Positions 23,776-24,000 of a DNA stretch of 24,000 nucleotides are shown here, piece by piece (the first letter of the stretch is position 1; each line of letters starts with the position of its first letter). The position numbers and the translations under genes are program-made. A model generated the notes under the pieces. It had not been told where the DNA came from, made no database searches, and saw only the letters and a program-made list of their open reading frames with translations. Source of the DNA: Kineococcus sp. SYSU DK004 (GTDB taxonomy: Bacteria; Actinomycetota; Actinomycetes; Actinomycetales; Kineococcaceae); contig NZ_JBJLSH010000002.1 in NCBI RefSeq assembly GCF_050871905.1, positions 127,746 to 151,745 on the forward strand, written 5' to 3'.

Positions 23776-24000
23776 GTGAACCCCCTCACGGTTCCCCTCC
23801 TCGTGGGGGCCGCGCTGCTGGTGGTCGCGGGCGTCGCGAAGGTGCGGCGGCCGCGCTCGACGGCGCAGGCCTTGCGCACCCAGTCGCTGCCCTCGGGCAC
23901 CGCCCTCGTGCGCCTGCTCGGCGCGGCCGAGCTGCTCGTGGTGGCGCTCGCCCTCAGCGGCTCCCCCGCCGGGGCGTGGGCGCTGGCCGCCGCCTACGCG
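23776..24000 (+). CDS. MauE/DoxX-like membrane protein, N-terminal 75 codons (3' end outside the window)
   Basis: It is not in the ORF track because there is no stop within the window. The GTG at 23776 opens a GC3-saturated frame running to the window edge: VNPLTVPLLVGAALLVVAGVAKVRRPRSTAQALRTQSLPSGTALVRLLGAAELLVVALAL. The pattern (TM, AK.R.P..T..AL, TM with GA.EL) resembles MauE/DoxX family N-termini. Confidence 0.55.
   Translation, partial: MNPLTVPLLVGAALLVVAGVAKVRRPRSTAQALRTQSLPSGTALVRLLGAAELLVVALALSGSPAGAWALAAAYA

Overview
This is a very GC-rich actinobacterial chromosomal segment: by eye well above 70% G+C, with third codon positions almost all G/C. Because of that composition, all six frames carry long shadow ORFs. 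I picked real genes by recognisable protein motifs, GC3 phasing, start/stop coupling and Shine-Dalgarno sites. No searches were run.

About 17 kb (7.3-24 kb) is ordinary, conserved core metabolism:
- rsgA.
- A nucleoside-salvage block on the minus strand: add, then deoA-cdd, a two-permease/one-ATPase ABC importer and a BMP-family lipoprotein.
- An M20 amidohydrolase and a mannose-1-phosphate guanylyltransferase.
- The succinate dehydrogenase operon sdhCDAB, followed by the start of a MauE/DoxX-like membrane protein.
- The order phospho-sugar mutase ... add-deoA-cdd ... sdhCDAB mirrors the M. tuberculosis Rv3308-Rv3319 neighbourhood.

The left 7 kb is the less ordinary part:
- A minus-strand operon encodes a PHP-domain metallohydrolase, a DUF1772-like membrane protein and a secreted protein with six LGFP repeats.
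- It is read divergently from two translationally coupled aldehyde-dehydrogenase-fold proteins that both appear to lack the catalytic residues.

The most interesting non-coding signal is a dispersed hairpin repeat that I do not recognise as a named family:
- It has a 35-nt core with C-rich and G-rich arms.
- There are three full copies and one deletion remnant, all intergenic and all just 3' of plus-strand genes.
- The copies show compensatory base-pair substitutions.
- Two same-orientation copies bracket the 6-kb accessory module.

I found no rRNA, tRNA, CRISPR array, transposase, integrase or recognisable defence or toxin genes. I cannot support a claim of a new multi-gene system beyond these observations.
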